This document shows, one piece after another, positions 10,166-21,343 of a stretch of DNA of 32,000 bases. Location of the stretch: sequence record OZ287089.1; one strand, given 5' to 3'. A program made the translations under genes and the position numbers. The notes beneath the pieces were generated by a model. The model was not told the DNA's origin, made no database searches, and worked only from the letters and a program-made list of their open reading frames with translations. Position 1 is the stretch's first letter. The number at the start of each line of letters is the position of its first letter.

Positions 10166-11144
10166 GTAATAATATATAATAATATTTATTAGGGTTTAAA
10201 TAAAAAAAAACACAAAAAAAATAAGGAAAGAAAAAAACTATTATTTAAGATATCTCTATGTGGATGCGAGACATTTTTGCTTCGTTACCCTCCACTCAGC
10301 TAAGAGTTAATCTGACTAATTTTACATATCTATATCCTATGTTTGTATATCATGGATATAACAATATTAGGCTATTAACTGGAAAGCTGAAGGATAAGGC
10401 TTTTTATTTATAAAATAAAAAGCAATAGACTACACCTTAAATACCATTTATAATATCATAAAGGTAAACATATAGTTTATTGATATATAAACAATTGCTT
10501 TACTTTTATGGTTATAAAATCTTATAGTACAGTTATAAATATTGCAATCTGGTTCTACAATAGGGCGTTACCTATAACCCTCTGAATTTATAGTGGTTAT
10601 TTATTTTTAATTTATTTTATTTTTTATATGCACATAGTATTAACTTAATACTTAAGAGTAAATAGGACTGAATAATAACTTTTTTTACAAATATACTGTA
10701 ATTATTTTACAACCTGGTAAGTGTGGCATTATTATAATTTAAAATAATAACCTCGTCTAGCCTTTGCTATGTACTGCTACAAGTTTATCTGTTACAGGCT
10801 TAAATAGTTTAATAGATTGAATTAGGTTTTATTTTTCTTAATTTATGGTATTGTATTGCTGTGACTAGGGTTTTATATGGGCAATTATTTGCATATGCAA
10901 CATAGGCTTGGACCATAATTTTTTTTTTAGATTTTAACAAAAAAGCAAGAAAGGTAAAATATATGTATATGGTTGTTACTCTTTATTATTATGAGTGGGG
11001 TGCAGTTGGCTTTATTTGCTTATATAATAAAGCGGTAAGGTATCCTATTATACACGATAGTTATATGCTTAAAGCATAATAAATGCTTATAATATAGCTT
11101 TTTAAACTAATATATCTAATTTTTGGTTATTATTATTATTATAA

Positions 11145-11924
11145 ATGACATGGCATATATTCAACAATATTTTAAATCCTTTAGATCAATTTTCAATTCG
11201 AGACTATATAAGTTTAGATGCGCCTATATTAGCATATACTTATATATCTATAACTAATATAGCTATATATTTAACCATTGCCTCATTAATAGTATTAATC
11301 GTGAACCTACTATCAACAAATCACAACAAAGTTGTTTCAAATAATTGATCTATAAGTTATGAGTCGGTATATGCTACCGTACACAGCATAGTAATAAATC
11401 AAATAAACGGAAACAAAGGACAATTATACTTTCCTTTTATTTATACATTATTTATATTTATTTTAATAAATAATTTAATAGGGATGATTCCATATAGTTT
11501 TGCCTCTACTTCTCATTTTATACTAACATTTTCAATTAGTTTTACAGTAGTTTTAGGTGCAACTGTTTTAGGTTTTATAAAACATGGCTTTAAATTTTTT
11601 TCTTTATTTGTACCATCGGGTTGTCCTTTAGGTCTGCTGCCTCTTCTTGTTTTAATAGAATTTATCTCATATTTAGCTAGAAATATCTCCTTAGGACTTA
11701 GATTGGCAGCAAACATATTAAGTGGTCATATGTTACTAAATATTTTAAGCGGGTTTGCTTATAATATAATATTTTCAGGCTTTTTATATATTTTTGTAGG
11801 TTCAATACCTTTAGCTTTTATTATAGCATTTTCTGCTTTAGAATTAGGTATATCATTTATACAAGCACAAGTCTTTGTTGTATTAACAAGTAGTTATATT
11901 AAAGATGCTGTTGACCTACATTAA
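11145..11924 (+). CDS. atp6: ATP synthase F0 subunit a
   Basis: Track ORFs 11145..11348 and 11484..11924 are one frame joined through TGA=Trp at 11346. Sequence: ...NPLDQFSIRDY...NNWSISYESVYATVHSIVINQINGNKGQLYFPFIYTLFIFILINNLIGMIPYSFASTSHF...LGLRLAANILSGHMLL...FIQAQVFVVLTSSYIKDAVDLH* (259 aa). Confidence 0.95.
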
Positions 11925-12695
11925 ATAAAACTATTAAAATTACTTTTATCTCTGTTAAATTAACTAAAATAAACACAATACTAGAATATGTAAAAGCTCT
12001 AGATAAACCTTAATTTTACATTAAATCTGTGTAAACTGTAATAAATATGTAAAAACGTATATATCCCCTACAAGAAAAAACCCTATTCTATTGTATCCTC
12101 TAAAAAGTAGTAGTCTCTCTATTACGACAGCAAAAATAAATGGGTATAGAGGTGTACTACTCTCTGTTACGCGTTTATTTTCAGAGAGAGAGAGGAATGA
12201 GTGAATTATTATAGTAATTAAGTTGTGGTCTTGAAGTAGGTTTAATAAAATTAAATGAGGTTTTAAATACTTCACTATAACCTATAGTGAACAGGTGATA
12301 GGATAAAAATTAAGTGGTTAAATATAAAAACTGGATAGTATTTATGTTAAATATAAAGATCTAGGTAAAGGTAAATTTTATTGAACTGTATGAGACAAAG
12401 GTAGAGAGAATTATAGTTATTATAATGAGTTTAAACAAACTTGGGATCCTAATTTAAAAATAAAATTAAAATAAATTAATTAGTAAATTGTATCTTATTA
12501 TATGCTTTTTTTATAAGATTTATATCTAAATTAATTATTAATTTCTAGTTTTTTATAGCTTATTTTTAATTAGTAGTTTAATATATAATAAATGTCTAGC
12601 ACTAAGTTATAAAGGGATATGTTGTATATGGCTCTGCACTTCTTTGATAGCAGATCATATAAAAAGGTATTACAATTAGTATAAACGTACTATAT

Positions 12696-12781
12696 GGAGG
12701 CTATATTGTATCGCTATGGGTGATATACACTCTAAACCGCTAAGGATGTGGCGGTTAGTTGTATAGCCTTTCTTTTGCAAT
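12696..12781 (+). repeat. Copy B of the ~85-nt repeated structured element
   Basis: ggaggctatattgtatcgctatgggtgatatacactctaaaccgctaaggatgtggcggttagttgtatagcctttcttttgcaat. The outer stem is aggctata/tatagcct and the inner hairpin is aaccgc/gcggtt. It lies in the spacer between atp6 and rns. Confidence 0.6.
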
Positions 12782-13415
12782 GGCTTTTTACTTTTGTTTG
12801 TTGCTTAAGTTTATTGGAATAAAAAAAATAAGTACAATATTTTATTATATTTATCATATGATGTATTTATTTAAAAATTTGTACTAAATACTTTTTAATT
12901 GATATTTTAAAGGCTATACTTTGTTTATTCTAAATGAAGTTACTTAGAATGATTTTGTTACAACTTTTAAATAAAATGGTGTAAATTTTAGTGGTGGTAA
13001 TTGACCAAAACGTTATATTGTTTTACCTGTTAATTTTAGACTGTTTTTGTATATGATTAAAGTCATTTTTTTTTTATTATAAAGTAAAGTTGCTCATTCA
13101 TTTTATTACACTGGTAATAAACAAATATATAGAGTTGGATATTCTAATAAAAATTATATTGTAGATAAAAATCATCTAGGAGAAAATGATATTATAGAAT
13201 AATAATTTATAAACTATATTCAACTTAACCTATTTAAAACCAGCAGCAGCTGCAGACAGAAACTTATTATCATATATATCTTACTAAAAATAATTACTTA
13301 TTATTAAGTAATTATTTATTTTCTAATTTATAATAATTTTTTAGATATGTAAATTTTTAATATTTAATTTATCACCATAAATATATCATTAATGTGTTAT
13401 AGTAAAATAACACAA

Positions 13416-14933
13416 AACATGTTGAGTTTGATGATGGCTCTGAATGAACGCTGTCCAAATGCTTGACACATGCTAATCGTACGGCTAATTTTTCTTCTAT
13501 TTTTTTTTAGACGAATTTTAAAATTAATTTTTAATTTAATATTAAATAAATAAAGTAACATGAAGCAGTGGTGTACAGGTGAGTAACAGATATTATAATC
13601 GCCTTAGAGTTAGGTAAAAAAATCCCTTATATTAACAAAGAAACTATGTTTTCGCTCTAAGAAATTTGTATCTCGTGTGTAGTAGTAAATGTAAATGTTT
13701 AACTAGCTTAATACACGTAGTCGTAACTGAAAGGTTGATCGATCACAATGTGGCCTGAACAAAGCCCATGACGAAAGTTACAGCAGTGAGGAATATTGGT
13801 CAATAGCCTAACGGCTGAACCAGCAACTTGGAGGAATGAAAAGCAATAGCTAAACGCACTATTTTATAGTGTAGTATCGACCCTGTCGAATAAAATTCTA
13901 GGTAGAGTTATGATAATGACATTATCTATCTATGTGTCTTGACCAAATTACGTGCCAGCAGTCGCGGTAATACGTAAAAGACTAGTGTTATTCATGATTA
14001 ATAGGTTTAAAGAGTACCTAGACGGTTAATGAAGCCCCTAAAGGGTACATATTAACTAGAGTTATATGAAAGGGAGCTTTGAGGTACTGTTGAGTGTAGA
14101 GATGAAATTCGTTAATACCAGATAAGTGGCACGAATCTATGCGAAGGCATCTCCTTATGTAATAACTGACGTTGAAGGACGAAGGCTTTTGAAGTGAAGA
14201 GGATTAGATACCCTAGTAATCCAAGCAGAAAATGATGAATGTCATAGGTTGAATAATATATTTGGTCTATAAATGAAAGTGTAAGCATTCCACCTCAAGA
14301 GTAATTTGGCAACATTGAAACTGAAATCATTAGACCGTATCTGAAACCAGTAGTGAAGTATGTTGTTTAATTAGACGGTCCGCAAAAAACCTTACCACAA
14401 TTTGAATATATATTTTAATTAATATTTACAAGCGTTGCACGGCTGTCTTCAGTTAATGTCGTGAGATTTTGGTTAGTTCCATTAAATTAGCGCAAACCCT
14501 TACTTTATTTTTATATAAAGTTGTTCGACACTATATTGGATATGATAAGAGGGACTAAGACAAGTCATCATGGCCTTCATATTGTGGGCTACAGACGTGC
14601 CACGTAGGCCTTTACAAATGGATGCTAAATTGCGAAATTAAGCTAATCCCCTAAAAAAGGACATACAAGTTAATGGATTGTAGTCTGTAATTCGACTGCA
14701 TGAAATAGGAATTACTAGTAATCGTGTATAAGTACGTCACGGTGAATAGCATCTCAGGTAGGTACTAACTACTCGTCAGGCGCTGAAATTAGTATGTGCA
14801 ATAAGTTTGTTTACCGTCTTATATTAATCTGGATAATTAGATCTAGAAATTAGGATAAGTAATCTTCGTATGCGTGACTATAATTGGTGTTAAGTCGAAA
14901 TATGGTTCGTGTAGTGGAAATTGCACGGGTTTT
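13416..14933 (+). rRNA. rns: Mitochondrial small-subunit rRNA (ends approximate, within tens of nt)
   Basis: The 5' end gttgagtttgatgatggctctgaatgaacgctg resembles the bacterial 16S 5' end. Other matches: gtgccagcagtcgcggtaatac (530 loop, about 13952), ggattagataccctagtaatcc (about 14200), gcacggctgtcttcagttaatgtcgtgagat (about 14437), and the 3' end aagtcgaaatatggttcgtgtagtggaaattgcacgg. Confidence 0.9.
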
Positions 14934-14954
14934 ATTAATGTTAACAATAAAAAT

Positions 14955-15005
14955 TATGTTTTATATTATGTGAGTTTAATATAACCTGACATAATATAAA
15001 ACATA
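14955..15005. other. Perfect 17-bp stem hairpin between the rns 3' end and trnY
   Basis: tatgttttatattatgt (14955-14971) is the exact reverse complement of acataatataaaacata (14989-15005). The loop is 17 nt. It ends 2 nt before trnY. Confidence 0.8.
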
Positions 15006-15007
15006 TA

Positions 15008-15092
15008 AGGAAGGTCCCGTCTGTTGGTATGACGGGTTGAGCTGTAAACTCAATAGCTATGTCTGTCGAAGGTTCGATTCCTTTTCTTCCTA
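15008..15092 (+). tRNA. trnY: tRNA-Tyr (GUA), long variable arm
   Basis: Hand-folded cloverleaf: acceptor aggaagg/tcttcct, D stem ccgt/acgg, anticodon stem ttgag/ctcaa with loop ctGTAaa, 14-nt variable arm, T arm gaagg-ttcgatt-ccttt. Confidence 0.85.
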
Positions 15093-15428
15093 ACTTTTTG
15101 TTTAATCTAATTACTATACTAATAGATATAATTTTATTATACTAGGAGTAGAGGCATAAAATTTATAATATAACTTATAATCTGATTAACCTATGTTTTG
15201 GTTTATATTATTAATATATTAAATATTTAGATATCTAAACTAAAATAAAATACCTAAATTATAGCAAGATGTTTAAACATATATATATATATAAACAAAA
15301 AAAAGTAAAGTATGAAAGAATAAAAAAAGTAAAGTAAGTAAGATAGGAAAGGATTTAACAGTAAAAAAAGGAAAGAAATAAAAACTTTTTACTTTACTCT
15401 CTTCTCTTGTATTTACTTCATCTTTATA

Positions 15429-15499
15429 GCCTTTATAGCTCAATGGTAGAGCGGAATACTGTTAATATTTATATAAGTGTTCAAATCACTTTAAAGGCG
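15429..15499 (+). tRNA. trnN: tRNA-Asn (GUU)
   Basis: Acceptor gccttta/taaaggc, D arm gctc-aatggta-gagc, anticodon loop ctGTTaa, T arm aagtg-ttcaaat-cactt. Confidence 0.85.
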
Positions 15500-15568
15500 T
15501 GTTGGCTAAACTGGTATAGCTCTGTGCTACGGACACAGCGGTTGTGAGTTCGAATCTTACACACGCTG
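15496..15568 (+). tRNA. trnR: tRNA-Arg (ACG); its 5' end overlaps the 3' end of trnN
   Basis: Acceptor ggcgtgt/acacgct (7 bp, first pair G-U), D arm gcta-aactggta-tagc, anticodon stem ctgtg/cacag with loop ctACGga, T arm gtgag-ttcgaat-cttac. Confidence 0.8.
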
Positions 15569-15575
15569 AATTATT

Positions 15576-15611
15576 TTTTTATTCATATATTTATAAATAT
15601 ATGAATAAAAA
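15576..15611. other. Perfect 36-nt palindrome between trnR and nad6
   Basis: tttttattcatatattta followed immediately by its reverse complement taaatatatgaataaaaa. Confidence 0.8.
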
Positions 15612-15714
15612 AGAAAAATAATAGTTTTCAAATAAAATAATTATTTATACTATATAAATACAGAAGAGATTTGTTATATTAATTAGTGAGGTATAAATTT
15701 ATAGTATTAATAAG

Positions 15715-16392
15715 ATGAGTAGTTTATATGTTATAACAGAAAATTTTACTAATGGTTACAGAGATGAGATTTTAGATTTTATTTATTTAATTTCCATATT
15801 TTCTGGTATATTTGTTATAATTAGTAAAAACCCTATAGTATCTGTACTGTTTCTAATAGGCTTGTTTTTAAGCATAGCTAGTTATCTTATAACACTAGGT
15901 ATAAGTTTTGTAGGTTTATCCTATCTGTTAGTTTATGTTGGTGCTGTCTCAATATTATTTATTTTTATATTAATGTTAATTAATGTGAGAATATCTGAAC
16001 TGTTAAGTAACACTAGCAATAGTATATTATTAGCCGTAATAATCGCTATATGTTTTAATTATACTGTTCATCAAGTATTACCTCACAGTTTAGCTCCCTC
16101 TAACAGCTACACTGTTAACTTAAGCAATTCATTTTTCGGTGTTTTATTTCCATTTAACTACAGTAATTATGATTTTTTTTTTAAAAAATTAGTAATGATT
16201 ACTAATTATAAGAGTGAAATAGCTTTTGTTACAAGTAAGATTTGGGATGGAAACCTTGCGGAAACTACACATATAACTAGTATAGGTAATATTATGTACA
16301 CTAGTTATATGATATGACTTATTATAACTTCTATTATATTACTATTAGCTATGGTTGGTGCCATTGTTATAACAATAAAACAAAAAAGCTAA
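15715..16392 (+). CDS. nad6: NADH dehydrogenase subunit 6
   Basis: Track ORF 15715..16317 continues through TGA=Trp to TAA 16390-16392. Sequence: ...IFVIISKNPIVSVLFLIGLFLSIASYLITLGISFVGLSYLLVYVGAVSILFIFILMLINVRISEL...IMYTSYMIWLIITSIILLLAMVGAIVITIKQKS* (225 aa). Confidence 0.9.
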
Positions 16393-16913
16393 CTTTAATT
16401 AATAAATAAAATATTACTGTTTATTATATTTATAGACATTATATTATTTTAGTATAAAGAATTTAGATATATTATATTGCTTATTTTGTGTTAATAATAT
16501 TTTTTATCTTTACCACTTCATCTCCTGCGGAGATGATGTCACGGTATTTATATACTTAAAGAGTTTAGATATTTTTTTTTAATTATGTGTTAAGCTATAA
16601 GATAAAATATTTATAAAACACGCAGATTATCAGTGTTATTAATCTGAGTAATATCGTATATTTTATTGTTATTTATAATCAATTGTATCATAAATAACAA
16701 TAGTCTTTTTAGCTCTAATTAAATGAATGACCTATTAACCTGGATAAAACCTATACAAAAGGGGTAATTACTGTAGTATTTGTTTGCTCTATTAAAGAAA
16801 AAAATAGCTTTACTTAATTTAGTACATTCATGTAGATGCTTTATTTTATATATTATTACACTTTTTTTTATTTAATTTACACCTCAATAATAATGCTAAC
16901 TTTTACGCTATCC

Positions 16914-16977
16914 TTAGTTTAGTTTCGTTTAATTTAGTTTAGTTTAGTTTAGTTTAGTTTAGTTTAGTCGCAGCAGA
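16914..16977. repeat. (TTTAG)n pentanucleotide microsatellite: 9 perfect units from 16933, with degenerate units upstream
   Basis: Counted directly in the nad6-trnK spacer. Confidence 0.95.
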
Positions 16978-17298
16978 TATATATAGTATAAATAATACTA
17001 ATTTAATATATATGCCATTGGCATATATATATATTTTGTATTGCCTGTGCGAAAAATAATAAAGATAACACTATTTTTCAGATCTAAATCTTTGGATCTG
17101 AAAATTGTCGGTTTGGAAAGTGGAGGTATAAATCTTACGAGGTAAATATTGTTTTAGGTTTGGTTATAACAGAGTCACATATCCAGATTAAGATTAAAGC
17201 CTATACATTATAACCCTTATAATAGGTCATTATCAACAGATATCTAAAATTAAAACAATATTAAGAGGATAAACTTAATAAAAATAAAACACTACTAA

Positions 17299-17370
17299 GA
17301 GACTTTAGTTTAATGGTAAAATATGTGACTTTTAATCATCAGTATAAGGGTTCAAATCCCTTAGGTCTTA
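17299..17370 (+). tRNA. trnK: tRNA-Lys (UUU)
   Basis: Acceptor gagactt/aggtctt, D arm gttt-aatggta-aaat, anticodon loop ctTTTaa, T arm aaggg-ttcaaat-ccctt. Confidence 0.8.
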
Positions 17371-17489
17371 AAATAGCTAAACTAAATGTAAATATATCTG
17401 TTTAGATATCTAATTATACATGTCTTAAATATCTACAGATAAAACAAAAAGAAAAATAAAAGCAAATCTAAACCCGAGAATTTTATTCT

Positions 17490-17561
17490 AAGAAATTAGC
17501 TCAATGGTAGAGCTACCGTTTTACACGCGGAGGGTTAAGTGTTCAAATCACTTATTTCTTA
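17490..17561 (+). tRNA. trnV: tRNA-Val (UAC)
   Basis: Acceptor aagaaat/atttctt, D arm gctc-aatggta-gagc, anticodon loop ttTACac, T arm aagtg-ttcaaat-cactt. Confidence 0.8.
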
Positions 17562-17634
17562 TTTCTACCTGTTGCAAACTAAACTATTCTAATTTTTTTT
17601 AATTTGAGAGAGACAAATTTTTAATATATAACTA

Positions 17635-18274
17635 ATGACAAATATAATTAGAAGTAATTTTCAAGCTCATCCATTTCATTTGGTTTCAGCCTCACCATGA
17701 CCTATTTTTACTTGTGTTTCTCTTTTAACACTTACAACATCAGGTGTTTTATCAATGCATGGCTTTATTGACGCACAATATTTTTTAAATATAGCATTAA
17801 TAGCACTAGTTAGCTCAATGTCATTATGATTCAGAGATGTTATTTCTGAAGCTACATATCAAGGTTTCCATACTTTAGCTGTGCAGAGAGGTTTAAACAT
17901 GGGAGTTGCTTTATTTATAGTAAGTGAAGCTTTATTTTTTTTAGCAATATTTTGAACTTACTTCCATTGTGCATTATCTCCTAATATTGAAATGGGTGCT
18001 AAATGGCCTCCTATGGGTATAGATTCAATTAACCCTTTTGAACTACCTTTACTTAATACAGTATTATTGTTATCGTCAGGTTTTACAGTAACTTATGCTC
18101 ACCACTCTATAATTCAAGGAAAAAGAAGTGGAGCTTTATATGGATTAGTATTAACAGTCCTGTTAGCTTTTTTTTTTTCAGTTTTACAAGGTATAGAATA
18201 TTCTGTATCCTCTTTTACTATATCTGACAGTTCATTTGGTTCTTGTTTTTATTTTGGTACTGGCTTTCACGGGT
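17635..18274 (+). CDS. cox3: Cytochrome c oxidase subunit 3, exon 1
   Basis: [29 protein letters not shown]...[47 protein letters not shown]...[26 protein letters not shown]...FYFGTGFHG. It ends after the first nt (T) of the Leu codon. Exons 1 and 2 together give 269 aa, the canonical length. Confidence 0.85.
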
Positions 18275-19999
18275 TAACAAATAAAGCCCCTAGCAATCTT
18301 ATTACGTATTCTTACACTAAAGCAATAATTATTCACTATACTTATATTTTTAGTCGTACATACCTTAATATTAATAACAACACTAATAATTAAACAACAG
18401 AACTTTTTATTTATATAAAAAATTTTAACTGTGATTCGAAGGGATTACAGATGTAAAGGGTAATTTTAATCTTTATTTACGTAATTTTAATATGTAGGCT
18501 TCGCCTAACAAATATAATAGTATTATATTAACTTTTCAAATAGGTCTACATATTGACTATATTAATATATTAAATTCTATTTAAAAACAATTAAATTGTG
18601 GTCATATTTAAATATAATGGGCTATATGTAATTATTTTATTAGTGATAAAGCTTCCTTTATAAATATTATATTATCTGTTTTGTAGAGTCAAATAGTTCT
18701 AAATATTATGATTATTTAATTTTTATTAAAAAAAAAAATTGTTAATTTAGTTAGAAATAAATATCATTTATCTACTAAAGGTAAACTAGATATTATCAAA
18801 TATTATTTTGATATTAAAAATATAGATAAAAAACCTATATCTAATTGTGATATTAATATTACAGATTACTGACTTGGGGCTTTACAGACGGAGATGGTAC
18901 ATTTTCTACTAATAAACATGTACCTAGATTCAGACTTTAAAATCATGTAAAACAACTGGAATTATTTTATAAAACACAAAAGTACTTAAAATCAGGGAAT
19001 TTAACTATTGTTAAACCTAATCACCGTAGGTGAAGTAAAGATAAACCAAATTCTAAAACTACCATATATTAGAATTTAATCAGATAAGTTTTTTTACCGA
19101 AATTATTACTTTATTTTCTAGATATCTATAAGCAAAAAAGCAAAGTCTTTTTTATTTATAGATAATAATACCGAAATAAACCAATAAGTTTTATATAAGA
19201 TAGTAATTTTAACCTCCTGCAAACAAAGATATTAAAATACTTTTGTGGTTTATCGATCATAGTGATTATTGTTTTCTACGATTATCATAGATTGCCTCAG
19301 GGTATTTCTATTATTAATGAAATTAAAAATGGTATGAACAATTTTAGATTAAAAACTAATTCTAAGTTTAATACGGTTAAATTAGATAATATTGTATCTA
19401 TTAATTCAAAAGTATCTGATATTTTTTATTTATCTGCACCTTATGTTATTAAAGATGGGATTAAATATTTAAAAGATACTAATAGTTTATCTGCAAAATT
19501 AGGTGTAATTGATATGGATATACATAACAATAAAATAGATTACACTAGTATAAGTGAATGTAGTAGAGCTTTAGGTTTTTGAAGATTAACAATTAAAAAT
19601 AGTTTATTAACAGGTAATAGACATAAAGGTTACCAGTTTGTTTAGAATGTTTATTATTTATGTTTTATTTAAACAAACTTACCCCCCCCCCCTTTTTTTT
19701 ATATTCACCTATATGTAATAAGTTTGACAGAAAACAGAATTAATTGCATGAAAACCCTATTTTTGTTATATATATATTCTAAGTATAGGAAAATATGCAG
19801 CCAATCATATATTATATTAATTAATTTTATTAGTAATATATGCAGGTTCAACGACTAATAGGGTATAAAAATTTAATACTTAAATTAACACGAACATTCT
19901 GCAATTACAATATTTATATGATATTAAATTGAATATATAGTCTGAACAACAATGTGAATTGTTGAAATAAGGATAAATAGCCTTATGATAACAAAATTG
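18275..19999 (+). mobile_element. cox3 group I intron (phase 1)
   Basis: It splits GFHG-L|HVMIGTAF. The exon ends in U 18274 and the intron ends in G 19999. It has the motif gttcaacgactaa (19846-19858) and the 3' end gataacaaaattg, both shared with the two rnl introns. Confidence 0.75.
18400..19645 (+). pseudogene. Eroded LAGLIDADG endonuclease gene with an open C-terminal helix-turn-helix-like segment
   Basis: Motif 1 is WFEGITDVKGNFNLYLRNFNM* (about 18431). Motif 2 is WGFTDGDGTFSTNKHVPRFRL* (about 18872), in another frame. Track ORF 19262..19582 extends through TGA to TAG 19643-19645 and ends ...IDYTSISECSRALGFWRLTIKNSLLTGNRHKGYQFV*, which resembles the NUMOD-type DNA-binding tails of homing endonucleases. 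Confidence 0.65.
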
Positions 20000-20169
20000 T
20001 ACATGTTATGATAGGTACTGCTTTTATTGCAGTAGGATTATGACGGGTACTAGCCTATCATTCTACTGACAATCATCATTTGGGACTTGAGTCTTCTATA
20101 CTTTATTGACATTTTGTAGATATTGTCTGGTTATTCCTTTTTATATCTATGTATTACTGGGGATCTTAG
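20000..20169 (+). CDS. cox3: Cytochrome c oxidase subunit 3, exon 2
   Basis: (L)HVMIGTAFIAVGLWRVLAYHSTDNHHLGLESSILYWHFVDIVWLFLFISMYYWGS*, with stop TAG 20167-20169 at the canonical end. Confidence 0.9.
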
Positions 20170-20738
20170 TTAGATGCCAAGAGATAGTTTATACTAACTA
20201 TGCTTTTTTATCCAAAAATATATATAATATACAAACTAAAGGTTATGATGATCAATCGGAATCGGAGTCGGATACGGAAACGGTTACGGGAACAGAAATA
20301 GAGCGACAGGAAGACCTTAAAGATATTTTAGAGGATGCAGAAAATAATTTAAAACAGGTAGAAAAAGCTATAGAACTAGATAAAATTATACCTATAAACC
20401 GAAAGCATTATAACCATCATTTAAATCACATAAAGGAAGAATTCTCATCTTACTTCCACAAAAAATGAGGAAGTGATGTCACAAAAGCTTTAGAAGATGT
20501 TGAGGCTGTGTTAAAAGAATAAATAAATTATTTAAGTAATGATATAAACCTTGAAGATCAAAAGGATAATCAAATTGATGAAGTTAAAAAGTCAGATAAA
20601 GCTAATCAATCTGAAAAGTCTTATCAGCAGATTAATCAATCTGATCAGCATACTAACCAACCTAAAAATAAAAAAGGTGTTGATCCATTAGAAGATGTTG
20701 AACAGGAAATGCCTAGTTTTCTATATGATTTGGATTAA
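20106..20738 (+). CDS. Orphan acidic ORF overlapping the cox3 terminus in another frame (one in-frame TAA at 20520-20522; no ATG in the unique part until 20709)
   Basis: Track ORF 20106..20468 continues through TGA=Trp. Sequence: ...TKGYDDQSESESDTETVTGTEIERQEDLKDILEDAENNLKQVEKAIELDK...EEFSSYFHKKWGSDVTKALEDVEAVLKE*. After the TAA, 72 more open codons run (INYLSNDINLEDQKDNQIDEVKKSDKANQ...DPLEDVEQEMPSFLYDLD*). I verified each codon by hand. Confidence 0.35.
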
Positions 20739-21087
20739 TTGTTTTAAAATAAAGCTATATTTAATTCTTTTAATAATTACTTAATTATATATGTTTTTCT
20801 AAAACTTTTCTTTTTTACATCATTACCCTTTAACCTTATTTTGCTATTGTTTCTTTTATTTTCTATTCCTTCCTTCCTTATCTTACCTTAGGTTACCTTA
20901 CTTTATTTATATACTTCTTTTTATTTTTGTATTTATAAACAGATATTTATCATTTATATTATAGTTTTTTTTTATTATATATTTTTTTTTAAGCAATTTA
21001 TTTTTTAGACAAAAATAATATAAACTTATCTTTTATAAAATATTAGACTATAAGGGTGTGGTTTATAATATGCCAGAATATATATAA

Positions 21088-21158
21088 ACGGCCATAGGTT
21101 AATGGTAGACCGTTCGTCTTCCAAACGATGTGTGCCGATTCAAATTCGGCTGGCCGTA
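21088..21158 (+). tRNA. trnG: tRNA-Gly (UCC)
   Basis: Acceptor acggcca/tggccgt, D arm ggtt-aatggta-gacc, anticodon loop ctTCCaa, T arm gccga-ttcaaat-tcggc. Confidence 0.85.
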
Positions 21159-21173
21159 ATGTATATTTAGATA

Positions 21174-21246
21174 GGGTTATTAGCTTAATTGGTAAAGGTC
21201 TTTCTTGTCAAGAAAGTAGATATCGGTTCGAATCCGGTATAACTCG
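21174..21246 (+). tRNA. trnD: tRNA-Asp (GUC)
   Basis: Acceptor gggttat/ataactc, anticodon stem ctttc/gaaag with loop ttGTCaa, T arm atcgg-ttcgaat-ccggt. Confidence 0.85.
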
Positions 21247-21261
21247 TTAATAAATATAAAA

Positions 21262-21343
21262 GGAAAAGTTGCTATTGGTAAAGCGAGATATTTGCTAAAT
21301 ATTGTGTAATAAACACCTGGATGTTCGAGTCATCTTTTTTCCG
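21262..21343 (+). tRNA. trnS: tRNA-Ser (GCU), long variable arm
   Basis: Acceptor ggaaaag/tttttcc, anticodon stem gatat/atatt with loop ttGCTaa, variable arm gtgtaataaacacc, T arm ggatg-ttcgagt-catct. Confidence 0.8.

Noticed and set aside
11513-11716. Track ORF of 67 aa on the minus strand
   Set aside because: It lies entirely antisense to a well-conserved part of atp6. It is basic and low-complexity with no recognisable motif. It is most likely a by-product of atp6 codon composition.
12021-12275. Track ORF of 84 aa on the minus strand, downstream of atp6
   Set aside because: It has no recognisable motif and spans a (GA)n run and AT-rich spacer. It is a modest-length minus-strand frame in a spacer, with no motif or supporting feature nearby. 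I keep it as unsupported.
12328-13202. Short table-4 frames in the atp6-rns spacer (12328-12474, KLDSIYVKYKDLGKGKFYWTVWDKGRENYSYYNEFKQTWDPNLKIKLK*; 13083-13202, ...VAHSFYYTGNKQIYRVGYSNKNYIVDKNHLGENDIIE*)
   Set aside because: They may be fragments of a lost intron or plasmid ORF. However, they are only 40-48 codons long, and I cannot assign them to any family from memory.
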